DNA of 64,000 nucleotides from Balanoglossus misakiensis (lineage: Eukaryota > Animalia > Hemichordata), in NCBI GenBank assembly GCA_040954595.2, contig CM082590.2, forward strand, positions 7,006,001 through 7,070,000, given 5' to 3'. This document shows, one piece after another, positions 1 through 14,211 of this stretch (positions are counted from its first letter, which is position 1; each line of letters begins with the position of its first letter). The position numbers and the translations under genes are program-made. The notes below the pieces were generated by a model. That model was not told where the DNA came from, did no database searches, and was given only the letters and a program-made list of their open reading frames with translations.

Positions 1-137
1 GCATGTAGTCTTTGTCTGCACCACGTTGTTGAAGTTGCCCGTCATTTGGAAATTTGAATGCGAACGTAACTGCCGCCTGAGCGCATCTGACGTCATTTGA
101 TATCGAAGAATAAGCTGCTAATTTCTGGAAGACACGA

Positions 138-800
138 TTAACCCTAACGCTGATTTCCAGGGTGTCTAGAATCCTGGCTCCCAGTCCTGTTAGACTGCCA
201 AGTGCGTGTTAATCAGTACGGCCTATACAAGACCCTTAACCCTAACACTGCCAAGTCGGTTGAAACTGGTTTGATTTCCAGGATGCCTAGAATCCTGGCT
301 CCCAGGCCTGTTAGACTGCCAAGTGCGTGTTAATCAGTACGGCCTATACAAGACCCTTAACCCTAACACTGCCAAGTCGGTTGAAACTGGTTTGATTTCC
401 AGGATGCCTAGAATCCTGGCTCCCAGGCCTGTTAGACTGCCAAGTGCGTGTTAATCAGTAGGGCCTATACAAGACCCTTAACCCTAACGCTGCCAAGTCA
501 GTTGAAACTGGTTTGATTTCCAGGGTGCCAAGAATCCTGGCTCCCAGGCCTGTTAGACTGCCAAGTGCGTGTTAATCAGTAGGGCCTATACAAGACCCTC
601 AGACCAATACAGTGCAAACCAGTGCGATTTGGTACATTTTACAGGGGGCTCAGACTGCCAAGTGTGTCTAAGTACGTACGAGAGCCATGTCAAGACAGTC
701 AAAATATGTTTTAGAACAAAAAGTGGCAAATAACGTATTTTAAGGGACTTGACACTCTAAACAAGTATGACATCCAGAACTCAGCATTAAAGTATGTTAT
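138..800. repeat. Tandem array (4 units, 121-bp period) derived from the left end of a TTAA-CCCT MITE
   Basis: Units start with TTAACCCTAAC at 138, 236, 357 and 478 (the first has a 23-bp deletion), then continue into sequence collinear with the single-copy element at 5542-5856. Confidence 0.85.
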
Positions 801-841
801 TAAAAAATACAGGGATTAAACTCATTTTTAAATATTCTCAG

Positions 842-3800
842 GGCTCGCTACAAGGAGGAGATGGTAGCTCGAGTTCCGGACACAACGACCGTGGACTCTG
901 TAGACGAAGACAACAACTACGCCATCTTTGTGTCGTACGTCGAGATCTACAACAACTACGTCTATGACCTGTTAGAGGAAAGCCCGATAGACAATATCAA
1001 CCCAAGGTGAGAATTGATACTTGACCCTATCACTACAATGGTTCAGTCCAAATCTATTGTTTTCTATGGTACGGTTGGACCACTGAAGAGAAAACTGGGG
1101 GTGGAAGGGTTAAAGAAACACCCGCCCCCATCACTCCTGAAGATATATTTAGTCACATGAGTCGAATCCAGAAAATATGCTTTCCATTGATTTTAATAAT
1201 GGTATTCAAGTTTTGTATGAAAACACTAATTTACACAGTCATCAGTATATAGTCAAAATATTTGTCAGATTTTCAAAAAAAAAAATTTTGTAGGCTTCAT
1301 GAAGTTCACATATTCTACCATATTCCCTTTTTACCATTTTCATTTTTCATATAAATATCAGCTAAATGTGTATATATGCTTTGAACATAGAACCACCAAC
1401 TTCTAAAACCAAATTTTGAAAAAATGCATATATAATGGATTATCACTACATGTATTTAGCTACACTGAGATAGCAGCCTTTGATACAAATATTACTTATC
1501 TTTTTATGAGTGAAATTCACACAATTTTCCCCCTTTTCTTCTTGAAATGCTGACAGGTTTAGGACAGGTTTTCAAGACTACGTAGACACGTAGGTTTTTG
1601 TTGTTTTTTGTGGAATGCATTGTCAACTTTGCTTTCACTGTGTGCTCCCTGACTCTAGTGCTTTCTGCTATCTCACGAGCTGCATGTGACCTTTGACCTG
1701 TGCTTTGTGCCAAAAAAAATCCTCTATCCCACAATGCAAGAGCAGTTGCTCAGAATAGGCTATTTTCATGACCGGTATTGCTGCTTCTAATTGCCCCTAA
1801 TTTTTTTTAACTCACTGAGCTGCTTATGTGCTTTTATCAAACAAATTTAAGGACTTGTATTATTTTTTCCTGGGCCTGGGCATCTATCTCTGTGCAACTT
1901 TGGCACCCTGTATATCTGCCAACAAAAATAAATTTGAATTGGGACAAGTAACAAAGGAAGAAAACCAACTGGAAAGATAGTTGTACAAAGAGATGTTTCC
2001 CTAACTTTTTGAGATACAGTGTAATTGTATTGGCATGGCTTATACTAGAATAATGTGAATGACAGATATAGTGTAGGACTTTTTTGTCTTGAATGTGAAA
2101 TGTGCAAATTTTGCATGATTGCTTGTTTTTCTGCCTTGGTTTCAGCACAAATCACTACATGTATGAACATGAAGCAGTTTTATGAATTGATGCTTTTATC
2201 TTCACTTTTTCTCCCCTCAAATATTTCATCTCGCTTATGTGTGCATTGCCTGGTGTGTAAATATTGCATTGAGTACATTCATGTTGCGCACACTTAGTTT
2301 TTTAGATATTGTCATGACGATTGTTGTCTTGGTTACAGGCCACCCCAGTCTAAGATTCTGCGCGAAGATAACTATCACAACATGTACATCAGTGGATGTT
2401 CTGAAATTGAGGTCAAGTCCACTAATGAGGCATATGAGGTCTTCCTGAGAGGTGAGGTCATAGTTCAAAGGTCATGTTGAGGGTGTAGGTTTTTCCCATC
2501 ATTATATATCATACATTATATTATACCAGTATATTGATGGTGTAAATCACGCTATTTTATTGGTCGAGACATGACACATGTGTGATATATTAGTCATATA
2601 CCACAGTCATATATCATAGTCAAAGAAAATGCCTTTTTAAAATGTTTTATGCAAAGTTTCAATATACTGGTATAATGTAATAGCAATTTATTACACCTCA
2701 CGTATTATACCATATTCGTGATTGGCTGAGACGCGCTCACGTGATATAGAAAAAAAAGTGATATAACATGGCTAGAGTTGATAAAGCCCTGTCGCGTGCG
2801 CTGATATTGCCCGCTGGGTTGTTTTGTGTTCTGCGCGCGACTTCTGCGCGTTCCAAACTGTCGTTCAATGGCTTCCTCCACGATCAGTCAACTCCCGCAT
2901 CTATGGCTTCAAAGCGACACATAGGCTTAACACCTGTTCAACTGGACGATATTTTACCACAAACGGACAGTAAATACAACAAAATCGCAACCAACAGTGC
3001 AGTATTTTCAAAATAATCTAAGTTCGAAGTAGGTATCGTATAATTCTTGGGAGATCGAGACATTTTACATTCTCAGCAACGTACGACATATGGACGCGCG
3101 TCTACGTTCTTCTATGCCTGCCTTGTATGTACGTTCAAATGTTCGGCGTAATAAAATTAATAACACATGATGCTCGGGCAACATCACGATTTGAAGCCTG
3201 CCCTCGGGCTGGTGATCTCTGACCACAATATTGATGATACCCTCGCCTGCGGCTCGGGCATCATCAATATTATGGTCAGAGATCACCATCCCTCGTGCAG
3301 GCTTCAAATCGTGATATTGCCCTCGCTATCATGTGTTATTATTTAAAAAACACCCCCAGCCATGGTATACCACTCGATTTTGACCAGTTCAACTCCATAT
3401 ATGCACTCGATATAGCTCGTGCGTATATGTCGTGAACTGGTCAAAATCGAGTGGTATACCATGGCTGGGGGCGTTTTATTGCTTAAATATATTTTCCACA
3501 TGAAAATCGAAAGTAATTTTCAACTTTAGTAAAACCTGTGTAAACCAAACTCTGGAAAGCGGACAGAGAAAACACATTCTACACCATTTCTGTGAACGAA
3601 AACGAAACTCGCTTGACATGAAATCGCTTTTTCTTGCTCATAGGTCAGAAAAGGCGACGTGTAGCGAACACGCAGCTGAACCGAGAATCAAGTCGTAGTC
3701 ACAGCGTGTTCAACATCCGGATGGTGCAGGCACCGTTAGACTCTTTAGGCGAAGAGGTTGTTCAGGTAATTGGGCTCATTTGTTTTTCGACTAACCAAAG

Positions 3801-6800
3801 AAGATTGTTATATAATTGTTAGGATGGTTTTTATGCTGCTTTGTGCACTTATCAATGTATTATATTTCGAAGTTACACAATGTGTATCCAACAGCAACGA
3901 AAAAGTCTTATTCTGGCTACCTTAAATAGGGTTTTGCTACCTAGGTGAGTGATGAAAATCAATATGGCTGACACAATTTACGTGTCCGTTAATTTTTTTG
4001 CGTAATTATGCTAAAAAATACATGAACTATGCATGATTTAACAGAAGCTGTGTTTACAACAATTTTTTTGTGAATTTTATTTTGTTTTTTTGTTAGGACA
4101 AGGATCAGATCTGTGTGAGTCAGCTGTCGTTGGTTGATTTGGCCGGCAGTGAGCGGACAAACCGAACGAAGAACTCCGGAGACAGGCTGAGAGAAGCCGG
4201 CAATATCAATGCTTCTCTCATGACATTGCGTACCTGCATTGAAACACTGCGTGAAAACCAACTGAACGGAACCGAAAAAGTAAGCATATGCACTCTGACA
4301 AAAAATATGGTTTAATATCGTGTTTCTCAGACATCACACAATGATGTAGATAATTGTCAGTCAACAGTCCAAACACTCATCTGAACTAAGCATGTGGCTA
4401 CAATATTTCTAAACCTCGAAGAAGCACATATCAAAGGGACAAAGTCTCTCTCTCACTGCCTTTTTCCATTAATTATGTTTGATACAAGACACAGTTTATG
4501 TTATTCTAATCAACGTTCGACCATACATTGTACACAACTTCCATCCGGCTTGTAGACATGAGAGTAAAATTCTCGACAAAATGAATAAAAGGTAAACACA
4601 GATTAATCATTTTGGCGAGTTTTTTTTCACTCTCGTGTCTACTATTATTTTGGTGGGGTTCCAAACTCAACTATATACAGAATAAAAAGCTAAACTATCT
4701 TTGGTATAACAATATTTCAACTCACTTTCTCTCTCTCCCAGATGGTTCCCTATCGCGACAGTAAAGTCACCCACTTATTCAAGAACTATTTTGACGGTGA
4801 GGGTAAAGTTCGTATGGTGGTGTGCGTCAACCCAGCTGCAGTTGACTACGATGAGAATTTGGTAAGTTCCTTCCTTCTTCTTTGAAATTGAATGTGCTAT
4901 TGCCAAAATACCTGGGGAGACCAAATACAAATATTTGCATGACGATACAATTAAATTTGCATAAAATATACATTTTTGTTATGAAAATGAGTTTCTATTG
5001 TTTTCCCTATATTAAAGGGTGTCAGCCAATATTCTGGCTGGTACACTGGACATCTTTTTAAATGAAACTTAAAAAAATACAATAGTTTTTTTTAATGTAC
5101 ATGAATTTGTCATGTTTTATCTGAATCTGGTTTCAAAGATTGCATGATTGCTTATGGAGGATGCGGGCAAAAAACACTTAATACTACGGTTGTAGGTTTG
5201 AAAATTTTGCAACACTGTTAATTAATGGAGTACGATTGCGAATGATTTTTTTTTTTTGATTGATCAACCGTTAATCTGATAATAAATTTGATTTTCAGCA
5301 CGTCATGCGATTTGCCGAGGTCACCCAGGAAGTCCAGGTGGCCCGACCGACCGGTGTCCGATTCGACGTGGGATTGACACCTGGGAGGAGACGAGCCAAT
5401 CAGATGTACAAGGAAGCGATATCGAAGATCAACAGAGATGGAATTGATGAGGCCGAGATACCGATGCTGCCACCGTTGCCTTTCACGTGGCCCGAGTTTC
5501 CACTCTTGCAGGTAAGAGTCTGGTGTGTGTGTGACAGGAGTTTAACCCTAACGCTGCCAAGTCAGTATGAACTGGTTTGATTTCCAGGGTGCCTAGAATC
5601 CTGGCTCCCAGGCCTGTTAGACTGCCAAGTGTGTGTTAATCAGTAGGGCCTATACAAGACCCACAAACCAATACAGTGCAAACCAGTACGATTTGGTACA
5701 TTTTACAGGGGGGCTCAGACTGCCAAGTGTGTCTAAGTACGTATGAGAGCCATGTCAAGACAGTCAAAATACGTTTCAGAAGAAAAAGTGGCAAATACGT
5801 ATTTTAAGGGACTTGACACTCTAACCAGATGTGACCCCCGGTAGCAATAGGGTTAAAGCCCCTGAAAGGGTGGCACTCTGTCACTAATAACTTGCAGTTT
5901 CTCGCACTGCAGTCCCTTTCTGGAATCTTACATTTTAATGCATCAGATTAATAGAATCTCACACTCCCAAGGACCTGGGATCGTATTTCTCACACTCGTC
6001 AGGGATTTCTTGTCCTACACTCACCTGCAGCGAGTGTGGGACAAAATATCCCTGGCAAATGGGAAAAATATGATCCCAGGTCCTTCATGTGTGAGTTTAT
6101 ATCTCTCACACGGTCACAAATTAGCCAAATTCGTTAAAAACATTAAATAAATGACTCTGGAACTATCCTCTGGCACGTTGTAGTCTCTGTTCGTGTAATA
6201 CACATCCCGCCATTGGATAACATTTAGCGGGCTTTACCTAAAGAACGCTTTGTCATCCAATCAGCACTCGCGTCATGTACAGCTTTTGATTCTGTGAGAG
6301 TGTGGGATCAACTTGTTCTCACACTCTGATCCCCACACTCTCAGCGTGCCAGGAGTGTGAGAATTCTAATTCCTGTGTATTGATTCTATATTACAGCTTA
6401 GTGATGCCAGTGACGAAACAACCCTGAAAAATCTGACCGTGTTCTTGACGGAGCAGTTAGCAAGGAGAAACAATGTGTTAGATGACCTCAGTAGAAAACG
6501 TAAGTTGTTTTGTTTTCTGTCATGACAGGGTTCATGAGTGACCGTCTCTGACAAACAGAGTCCCTATAGCTGCCAAATTTCACATATATTTTCCACAGTA
6601 AAATACTTCAAATATATTCCCTATCCTCTAAAATCCTCACCATTAAGCCATATTACTTGCATTTGCATCAGTTTGTCATCTCTTGGCGACGCATACGGTG
6701 ATAGCTGCGTACTGTTTGTATGGAGGCTGATTAAATCGGTGCGGCACTGATTTAATACATAGCGTGTTCAAATTGCAAAATCAGTCACAATCGGGCATCG

Positions 6801-9800
6801 ATAAGGTGTTCATGTTGATGTATACCTATCAGTAAGCTTATTAAGATGGACCAATTTAAATTGGAAAATAGAAATCATGAAAATACTGCAAAAAGTGGCA
6901 GCTCTAGAGGCTTTAACTTCAAATATCAGCCTATGAACACATCTTAACGTTTGAGATTTTATTTTACAGAGGCATCATTTCGACTGATGTTGGTTGAATT
7001 TGAGAGAGAGCATGAAGATTTACGAGCCAGGAACGAGGAGCTGCATTCCAAACTCGGCGGCAAAGACAAGGACGTCTTGAAGATGGAGAAGAAATTGAAG
7101 AATCTAGAGGCCACAAATGCCATGCTGCACCGACAGACTCAACTCTATGAACAGGACCTGAGAGATATGCAGAACCAGGTGAGTTGAGATTCACAAGGGT
7201 CTATAGGGTCCTGTGGAACTTGAATTCTACATTATGTTCAAGGGACAAAGTCTCTCTCCCGTTGCCCTTTTTCCATTAATTTAATTATTCTACATGTGGA
7301 TATACATTGTATAGTGAAACAACATTTGACCACACACAACTTACATCCCGTTTGTAGGATATGAGAATAAAAATGTTGCTAAAATGAACAATGTTAAATA
7401 CTGATTATTCATTTTGGCGAGTTTTTATCACTCTCGTGAAACTTCTCAGTCAAACTTAACCTCATGTTTTTTCCCCGCGACAGATAAGTCACAAAGACAA
7501 AGAATTTCAGAAGATGAAGGAAGAGAAGAGAAAAATGCAGCTGGCTATGAAAGGCATCATGGGGGTTGAGAAGGACCGTTGGGAAAAGGAATGTGTAAGT
7601 TGACAATCTTTCCCACTTTTGAACTTTCGTTTAGGGGGAAGAGGGTTTGGATCCAAACAAATGAATTTCGTTTGTTGAAATTATGTGACAATCTGAAACG
7701 GTCCCTAAGTTGTGTAGTTTCTGTTTATTGTGCGACTGCTTTCTATTTTGACTTCAATATCGATAAATGGCGGGTGCAGGATAAGCTTACTATTTTCGAA
7801 ACACCTGACATCACTTCCTGATCTTTTTGTCGGAAGTCCATATATCTTTCGTTCACGGACTTGACATTGTCATGTGTGATTTGTTGACTGTCAGTATCTA
7901 TCTATGCAACTGATCAAGTAAATACTTTGAATTCTGAGTCTAGTGTGTCCTCTAACAAACATAATTTTTAAAAGCTTTGAGTCAATTTGAGGATTTCTAG
8001 AAATTTCTCTGAGTCAGCCCCTATACCTTTGCATGTTGTGTGGATAATTTTCCTGAGTCACCAGTGAGTTTGTTGAGTCAGTTGCGCATCATATGAATTT
8101 ACATGGCACAATGGATTCTGACCTTTGAACTTGAGAAAATGGATGGGTATAATTCTTCGATATCAAATGACGTCAGACGCGCTCAGGCGGCAGTTACGTG
8201 CGCAATCAAATTTCCAGATGACGGGCAACTTCAACAACATGGTGCAGACAAAGACTGTGCAGACGAAATGCCATGAGGCTGATGAGGCACCGTACCTGAT
8301 ACATGTACATGTTACGTATCTGGTGGTTCTAAAGTAAAACATACTCGGAAAAACTTTGACTGGATGCCGAAATATTGCTTGCCCGTCATCTAAAAATGAC
8401 AGCACCGTTGGTCACATGGCCAGATCACGTGATTGATAGTAAAGAATTGTACAATTTTTGCCATTGCAGGCCAAACGAGTCAAAGCCACGCAGATCGAGA
8501 TGCAGAACAAGATCTGGGTCAAGGACGAGAAACTCCGCCAACTCAAAGAGATCGTGTCCAACAAGGACGGAGTGCCGGAGACCAGCGAGTCCGAGTCCGA
8601 ACCCGAGCGACGCCGCCCGAAACCGGCGCCCAAACCGGTGCCCCGCGGTCGCACAACGACCGCCAACAGCTACAGAGGGAATGTACAACACCGCGACAAC
8701 CACCACGGCGGCAGCAGCAAGTTCCGGTCCAAGTCTCCGCCGCCCGTGCCCGCCCGGTCGCACGCGCCGCCGGTGCGACTGCGACATCGCCGCTCCAAGT
8801 CGACGAACGCCGACACGTGGGTGGACCATAAGCCTGTCAGTACCCTGGAAACAGGTGGGTGTAATCAGTGTTTTATCAAGACGATTTTTCTTGTACCTTT
8901 GAGATATAGAACCACATGTTAAAAGAACCTCTACAAACTGGACACCTATGCAAACCAAACATTTTTTTCATCACCTTTGTATGCTGTTCTGTTTAGACAG
9001 GTTTTACTGTAGTGGAAACTAACAGCAAATACTGGTGTTGGAAACCCCATATTTGGCATTGTTGCAGTGTTTCATCTAGACAGGGAGATTGGGGGATTCA
9101 CCCTCTGTTGGCACCCACTAGCAATTTGTCAAGGGGGGACCAGTGCCCACTCACTCACATGTTGAAGATATTACAGTCCCCCCTTGCCAGAGTGGAATCC
9201 CCCTCAAATATTCTGGCAAAGGGGGACACATCCATCTTGCTGATGATACCATCCTGAATAAAACACTTAGTGTTTCTCATCACACTTTACGACTAGAAAC
9301 TTAAAAGTTAAAGGGACAAAGTCTCTCTCTCGCTGCCCTTTTTTCCATTAATTATGTTTAATACAATACACCGTTTATGTTATTCTACGTGTGGATATAT
9401 AGTGAATCAAGGTTCGACCACACACAACTTCCATCCCGTTTGTAGGATACAAGAGAGAAAAACTCGCCAAAATGAATAATCGGTCTTTACCGTCTATTCA
9501 TTTTAGCGAGACTTTTACTCTCATATCCTACAGACGGGATGAATACATACCAAAAAGTTCCAGCTAATAACCACAGTTTACACTTTGCGGTATCTCAACA
9601 GAGACTGTGTTGCAACCCAACATCAAGAAGAAGAAGACGGTGGCAGTTCCGAACAAGAAAGACCTGAAAGCTGACAAGTACATCTTGACCCACCAAGAGG
9701 AAGACTCCCAGGGTGAAATGGAGACACAGTTGATCAAGGTACTTGAAGTGGGATGTCTGTGATTACATTTAAAGGGACAAAGTCTCTCTCTCTCTCGCTG

Positions 9801-11189
9801 CTATTTTTCCATTAATTATGTTTGATACAATACACTGTTTATGTTATTCTACATGTGGATATATAGTGAATCAACGTTCAACCACACACAACTCCCATCC
9901 CGTTTGTAGGATATGAGAGAGAAAACCTTGAGAAAATGATAACACTGTCACCTATAATTTACATATTTGAATGTGTTCGAATGATCATGTGATACCATCC
10001 ACTGACATTGGCTAGATTTGAATTTTCCATGGTTAATTTTGCAAAGGTGACATATACAGAGTCAAACCTGTGTTAGTGACCACCTCTATATAGTGGCCAC
10101 TAAGTTACAGTCCCTACATGCAACTTACATGTGCATTAATTGACCTGTCTATAAAGACCACCTGTCTATGAAAGTCTCTTGACTGGCCACTACACACAGG
10201 TTTGACTGTACCTTTCTATAAATTCATAAGAAGACAGGGTTTCACCGTAGTCAACAATCCATGTGTCTCTTGCAGGGCGATGTCTTTGTCACCAGAGGGG
10301 GTGGTCACGCAGTGCAGTTCACAGACGTGGAGATGCTGAACCAGGAGTCGCCCACGGGAGGTCGCAAGCGGAAATCGTTGCAACCCGTGGCGACGGCCGA
10401 ACAGGAATCGGAGAGCGGGGAATGGACAGATGTGGAGACTAGAGTGAGTGAATTGTAACTGTTAGACTGGGGCCTGTGTTGTCAGCAGGCTTGAATTTTG
10501 TATTTTTGTTTTGTCTGTGTTTGACAAAACTGCTGTCATCACTTTGACACACAGTGACAATTTCTATTTTGGTCTTTGAAACAATCTTGTTTCGTCTTTG
10601 AAACAAAATAACAAATCTTGTTTCGTCTTTGAAACAAAGTAACAAATCTTGTCTAGCCTTTGAAACAAAGTAACAAATCTTGTCTAGCCTGTGAAACAAA
10701 GTAACAAATCTTGTCTAGCCTTTGAAACAAAGTAACAAATCTTGTCTAGCCTTTGAAACAAAGTAACAAATCTTGTTTTATCTCATATAGCTCATTCAAT
10801 ATGCTATTTACTGATGTTAAATCCATGGCTGTATCTTATGAGTTGTTTATCATACAGTTTTTGTTGTTTTTTATTTACAGTGTGCTGTGGGTATTGAAGG
10901 CAGACCTGGCCAAACTGAGCCATCATTGGTACACAATAAGTAAGTACTTGTCATTTTCCCCTTCAATACATTGGTAATCTTACATATGATATCATTTGAT
11001 ATCGAAGAATACTGTTATTTCTGAAAGTATAAGATCATACCAAGCTTTCCTAATTTATGTTCACCCCAGATCCCTGTACAGAGGTCTAATTTTACCATAG
11101 AAAACAAGAGCTTTGGAGTAAACCATTGTGATGATGGGTTTAACCAATACATCTTTTCTCTTGTTCCTTTCAGACGGCCGAAGAATTGA
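842..11189 (+). CDS. KIF23: Kinesin-6 family protein KIF23/MKLP1 (centralspindlin kinesin), 5'-partial, 14 exons in window
   Basis: Phase-consistent GT-AG exons: 842-1006, 2339-2451, 3644-3765, 4097-4279, 4742-4861, 5299-5511, 6397-6499, 6970-7178, 7484-7594, 8470-8854, 9602-9738, 10276-10443, 10881-10939, 11174-11189 (TGA). Translation has [16 protein letters not shown], switch I NRESSRSH, switch [46 protein letters not shown], a coiled coil, RHRRSKS and the MKLP1 tail [39 protein letters not shown]. Confidence 0.96.
2689..3345. mobile_element. About 650-bp dispersed repeat with a long subterminal hairpin; second copy inverted at about 44825-45490
   Basis: Shared sequence (AACTGGACGATATTTTACC; hairpin GGTGATCTCTGACCA..CCTGCGGCTCGG..TGGTCAGAGATCACC). 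Similar hairpin elements at 3341-3488 and about 5945-6365. Confidence 0.7.
5542..5856. mobile_element. Non-autonomous piggyBac-type MITE (TTAA|CCCT...AGGG|TTAA)
   Basis: TTAA at both ends with CCCTA..TAGGG termini. Related sequence at 138-800 and, inverted, at about 19200-19372. Confidence 0.75.
8152..8450. mobile_element. Dispersed repeat starting ATTCTTCGATATCAAATGACG
   Basis: Homologous copies at 1-112 (inverted), about 22490-22680 and about 50180-50356 (inverted). Class not determined. Confidence 0.7.
10573..10776. repeat. 31-bp minisatellite (about 6 units) in a KIF23 intron
   Basis: Unit TTTGAAACAAAGTAACAAATCTTGTCTAGCC repeated head to tail. Confidence 0.9.
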
Positions 11190-12188
11190 GAACAGTCGTC
11201 AGCTGTGGAATATTTACAAGTTAAATTTTTTGTTAAAGAAATTCAGTTACGCTAGACACGGAGTAGAAAATCTCTATATAAACTGATATCTAATCATGCT
11301 GTGAATTTAGAATTGAAAACTAGTAAATTTGTCTGGTGAAAATTGTAGTTTTTTCAAGCAAATTCTTTGCTTTAATAACCTTTCACCCCAGTACCCCCTT
11401 ACCATAGAAAACAATGGGCTTGGACTGAACCATGGTGGTGAAAGGGGTTATTCATAGTGTACATTGAAATTAATATCCTACTCTGTATTTTTGTTACTTT
11501 CAACTTTTTATGTTATATGATAGTGTGTCAAATAACAGTCGTTTGCTGTTTACTTTCAGTTTTGGTACAATGAGGTTTATTTTTGTTTGTTATGAACATC
11601 AACTGTTTGACTGTATCAAAATGCTATACAGCATATAGATATATGTATTCAATTTTCAACTCTGTTGTGTCATACAAAAATACTAGTACCACCAGCCAGC
11701 TTATGCCAATACTATAGAGATAATTATTTTACAAATTTACCACTGCCAAACATATACTGTAAATAATTTATTTCACTGCCCAAGCTTTTGCATGATACAA
11801 ATAGTTTTTCTTTCTAATTTCAATATTTCTATACCTATTATTTTCACTGCCATGTATGTTTTTCAAAGTATAAACCAGATAGCAAATAATATCAATTTTT
11901 TTTAATTACCCCCTGCCATAAAAGCTATTTTCACTGCCATTATCAAAACCCTATTTTTACTTTCAGATAACTTCCTTAGAAAGGTTGAACCACATGGCTG
12001 GTGTCTGGTCTTGTCAAGGTTTTCATAATTAGTTAAATGTTTCATTGTAAGAACTATAAAAGGGCGTAGCAATATCGTCTTGTATATTTGAATTGCTACT
12101 TACTGTGTTACTGTAGATTTCTTTATGGATTAATTCTAATCATGTTAGTCATATTTCAATCCATTGTATATTAAACTGATTCATTTGC

Positions 12189-12194
12189 AATAAA
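12189..12194 (+). terminator. Putative polyadenylation signal of KIF23
   Basis: AATAAA about 1 kb after the stop, followed by a T/GT-rich tract. Confidence 0.55.
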
Positions 12195-13092
12195 GGTAGA
12201 TAAATGTATACTTGTCTTTTCTGTTTTTTGTTTAAAGGGACAAAGTCTCTCTCTCGCTGCCCTTTTTCCATTAAATATGTTTGATACAAGACACAGTTTA
12301 TGTTATTCTATATGTGGATATATATAGTAAATCAACGTTTGACCACATAAAACTTCCAGCCCGTTTGTAGGATAATATGAGAGTAAAAATCTCACCAAAA
12401 TGAATAAACGGTAGAGACCGATTATCCCTTGAACTTTATTTGATCAAAAAAAGTCTATACTGCATTTCATCCACCAGACAGCAAATATCGTAAAGATATA
12501 ATCCTCCAGTTTTGAGGAGGAAGTCTGATTTTGTTGCAGGGATCACTTTGTCTTGTTTTGTTTGGGGGTGTCAGTGGGGGTCAACAACTTTTTGAACGTG
12601 CACTAAATTTCAACTTGAAAGCAAATTTATTGACATCCAAGCAGAAGAAATTGTTAGTGACTTAAAAATTTTTAAGGAAAAGCGACCATGGCATGCATGT
12701 ACACCTCTGTAAGTTTATCCCCCTTCCCTCAAGGAAAGCAAAACTTCGAAAGGTAACTTTTACTGGTGCTTTTATAGTTTAAAAGAAACTTTTTTAGGGC
12801 GGGGTCACTTTCATGTAAAGTTCAAAATCACTAGTAACCTTTAAATGTGGGAACGGATTTAAAGAAATTGGAAGAAAATTGCTCTTTGGCAAGAAAATAA
12901 ATGTTCCGCTGAAACTCAAGATAAAAGGTCGTGAACTTTACGAGCTACAAGAGTGGCTATCGCCAATAGTGTAATCGCGGAACACGAGTAATATGACTGG
13001 TCACGCGGTGGCGGTCGACCTCGTAGTAACCAATGACGGACACTCTTACATACCGCGTTTGGCATTACATCCGGGCACTTCAAGGCTTCAAA

Positions 13093-14211
13093 ATGGCGTT
13101 TGGTAGAATGATCGTTGCACGTCGCCACTTTTCGACATCTCTGCGTCGCCTTGGGGGTTACCCCGAAGGACCAGGCAGTGTAAGTAGTTTATTGCACCCC
13201 CTGTCATTATTAAGTTCGATCTTAAGATCCTTACCTCGCCTTGGGAAGGTAGAACGAGCGAGTGACCCAGGCTGGCCGACCGGCATTTTCACACCGGCGT
13301 CCTCGAGTGGAAAGACGTAGACTTGGATACCGGACATATCCTCTGAAAGAATACCCCGTTTGTAGTTTTTCACACCCGTCTTCATGAACTCGTACTTTCA
13401 CGATAAGAATAACCGTCACCTTGGTTTCATCCGTCGGAAAATAGTTTCGGCAGTACCAGCGTGTGTTGTCTTTTCTGAAATACGTGTGTCTATGCACGTG
13501 ACCTACTATCGAGGTCACTGAGGTCATTGCCGACGTTTGTCCTCGCAGCTTCAAATATTGCAATAATTTTTGCTGAATTTATGCTCCACTTTAAAAAACA
13601 CTCCTTAATTAACACTTCACAGGATCCTCAAGGATCTGGTGTTAATAAACAATATATACTGTTCATGTTTGAAACTGCCAAATTAGGAAGGAAATACCCA
13701 ACACACGATGGCACTGGTATACCTCTTAACTTGCCTTTTAATCTTTTGAGTTGAATTATTGTCAAGTCAGATAAGTGGTTATGTCTGCCATGATTATTTA
13801 ATTCTATGTAAAAAAAAGACTGGTGATCTCTGAGAAAGTAACAAACTTGAAAAGCCTGCATTTTATATCAAACTAAATTGTCATATGACAAGAAATTGTA
13901 TATAAAAATGTTATAACTGGTGCTGTAATGTAGTTCAAACATAAATTTGCACATATCCCATGGTTGAACTTGATAGTGCATTGTCTTACACTTTTTGCTG
14001 TAACAAAATTTGTTGCTGCCCCTTATTGATCACCAATAGAATGTCACTCATGCAATCTGATAATAATCTTCAAATTTGTATTTTCTCTCTCCAGAATTTA
14101 CCCTTTCAAATCCAGAACAAATGGAGACTATTGGCAGTCATGACGATATTCTTCGGTTCAGGATTTGCTGCTCCCTTTGTAGTGGTGCGTCACCAACTGT
14201 TGAAGAAGTAA
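13093..14211 (+). CDS. COX7C: Cytochrome c oxidase subunit 7C, mitochondrial precursor (67 aa)
   Basis: Exons 13093-13179 ([29 protein letters not shown]|gtaagt) and 14095-14211 ([19 protein letters not shown]-type segment: [38 protein letters not shown]). These match the COX7C signature EGPG.NLPF...NKWRLL...[18 protein letters not shown]. Probable 3'-UTR intron 14239-14585 and AATAAA at 14784-14789. Confidence 0.96.

Noticed and set aside
138-600. Regular 121-bp repeats containing GTTGAAAC and TAACCC (CRISPR- or telomere-like)
   Set aside because: Whole units are near-identical and match a MITE end; no spacers and no (TTAGGG)n run.
10573-10776. 31-bp repeats beginning TTTGAAAC, superficially like CRISPR repeats
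   Set aside because: Head-to-tail with no unique spacers, inside a eukaryotic intron, no cas genes.
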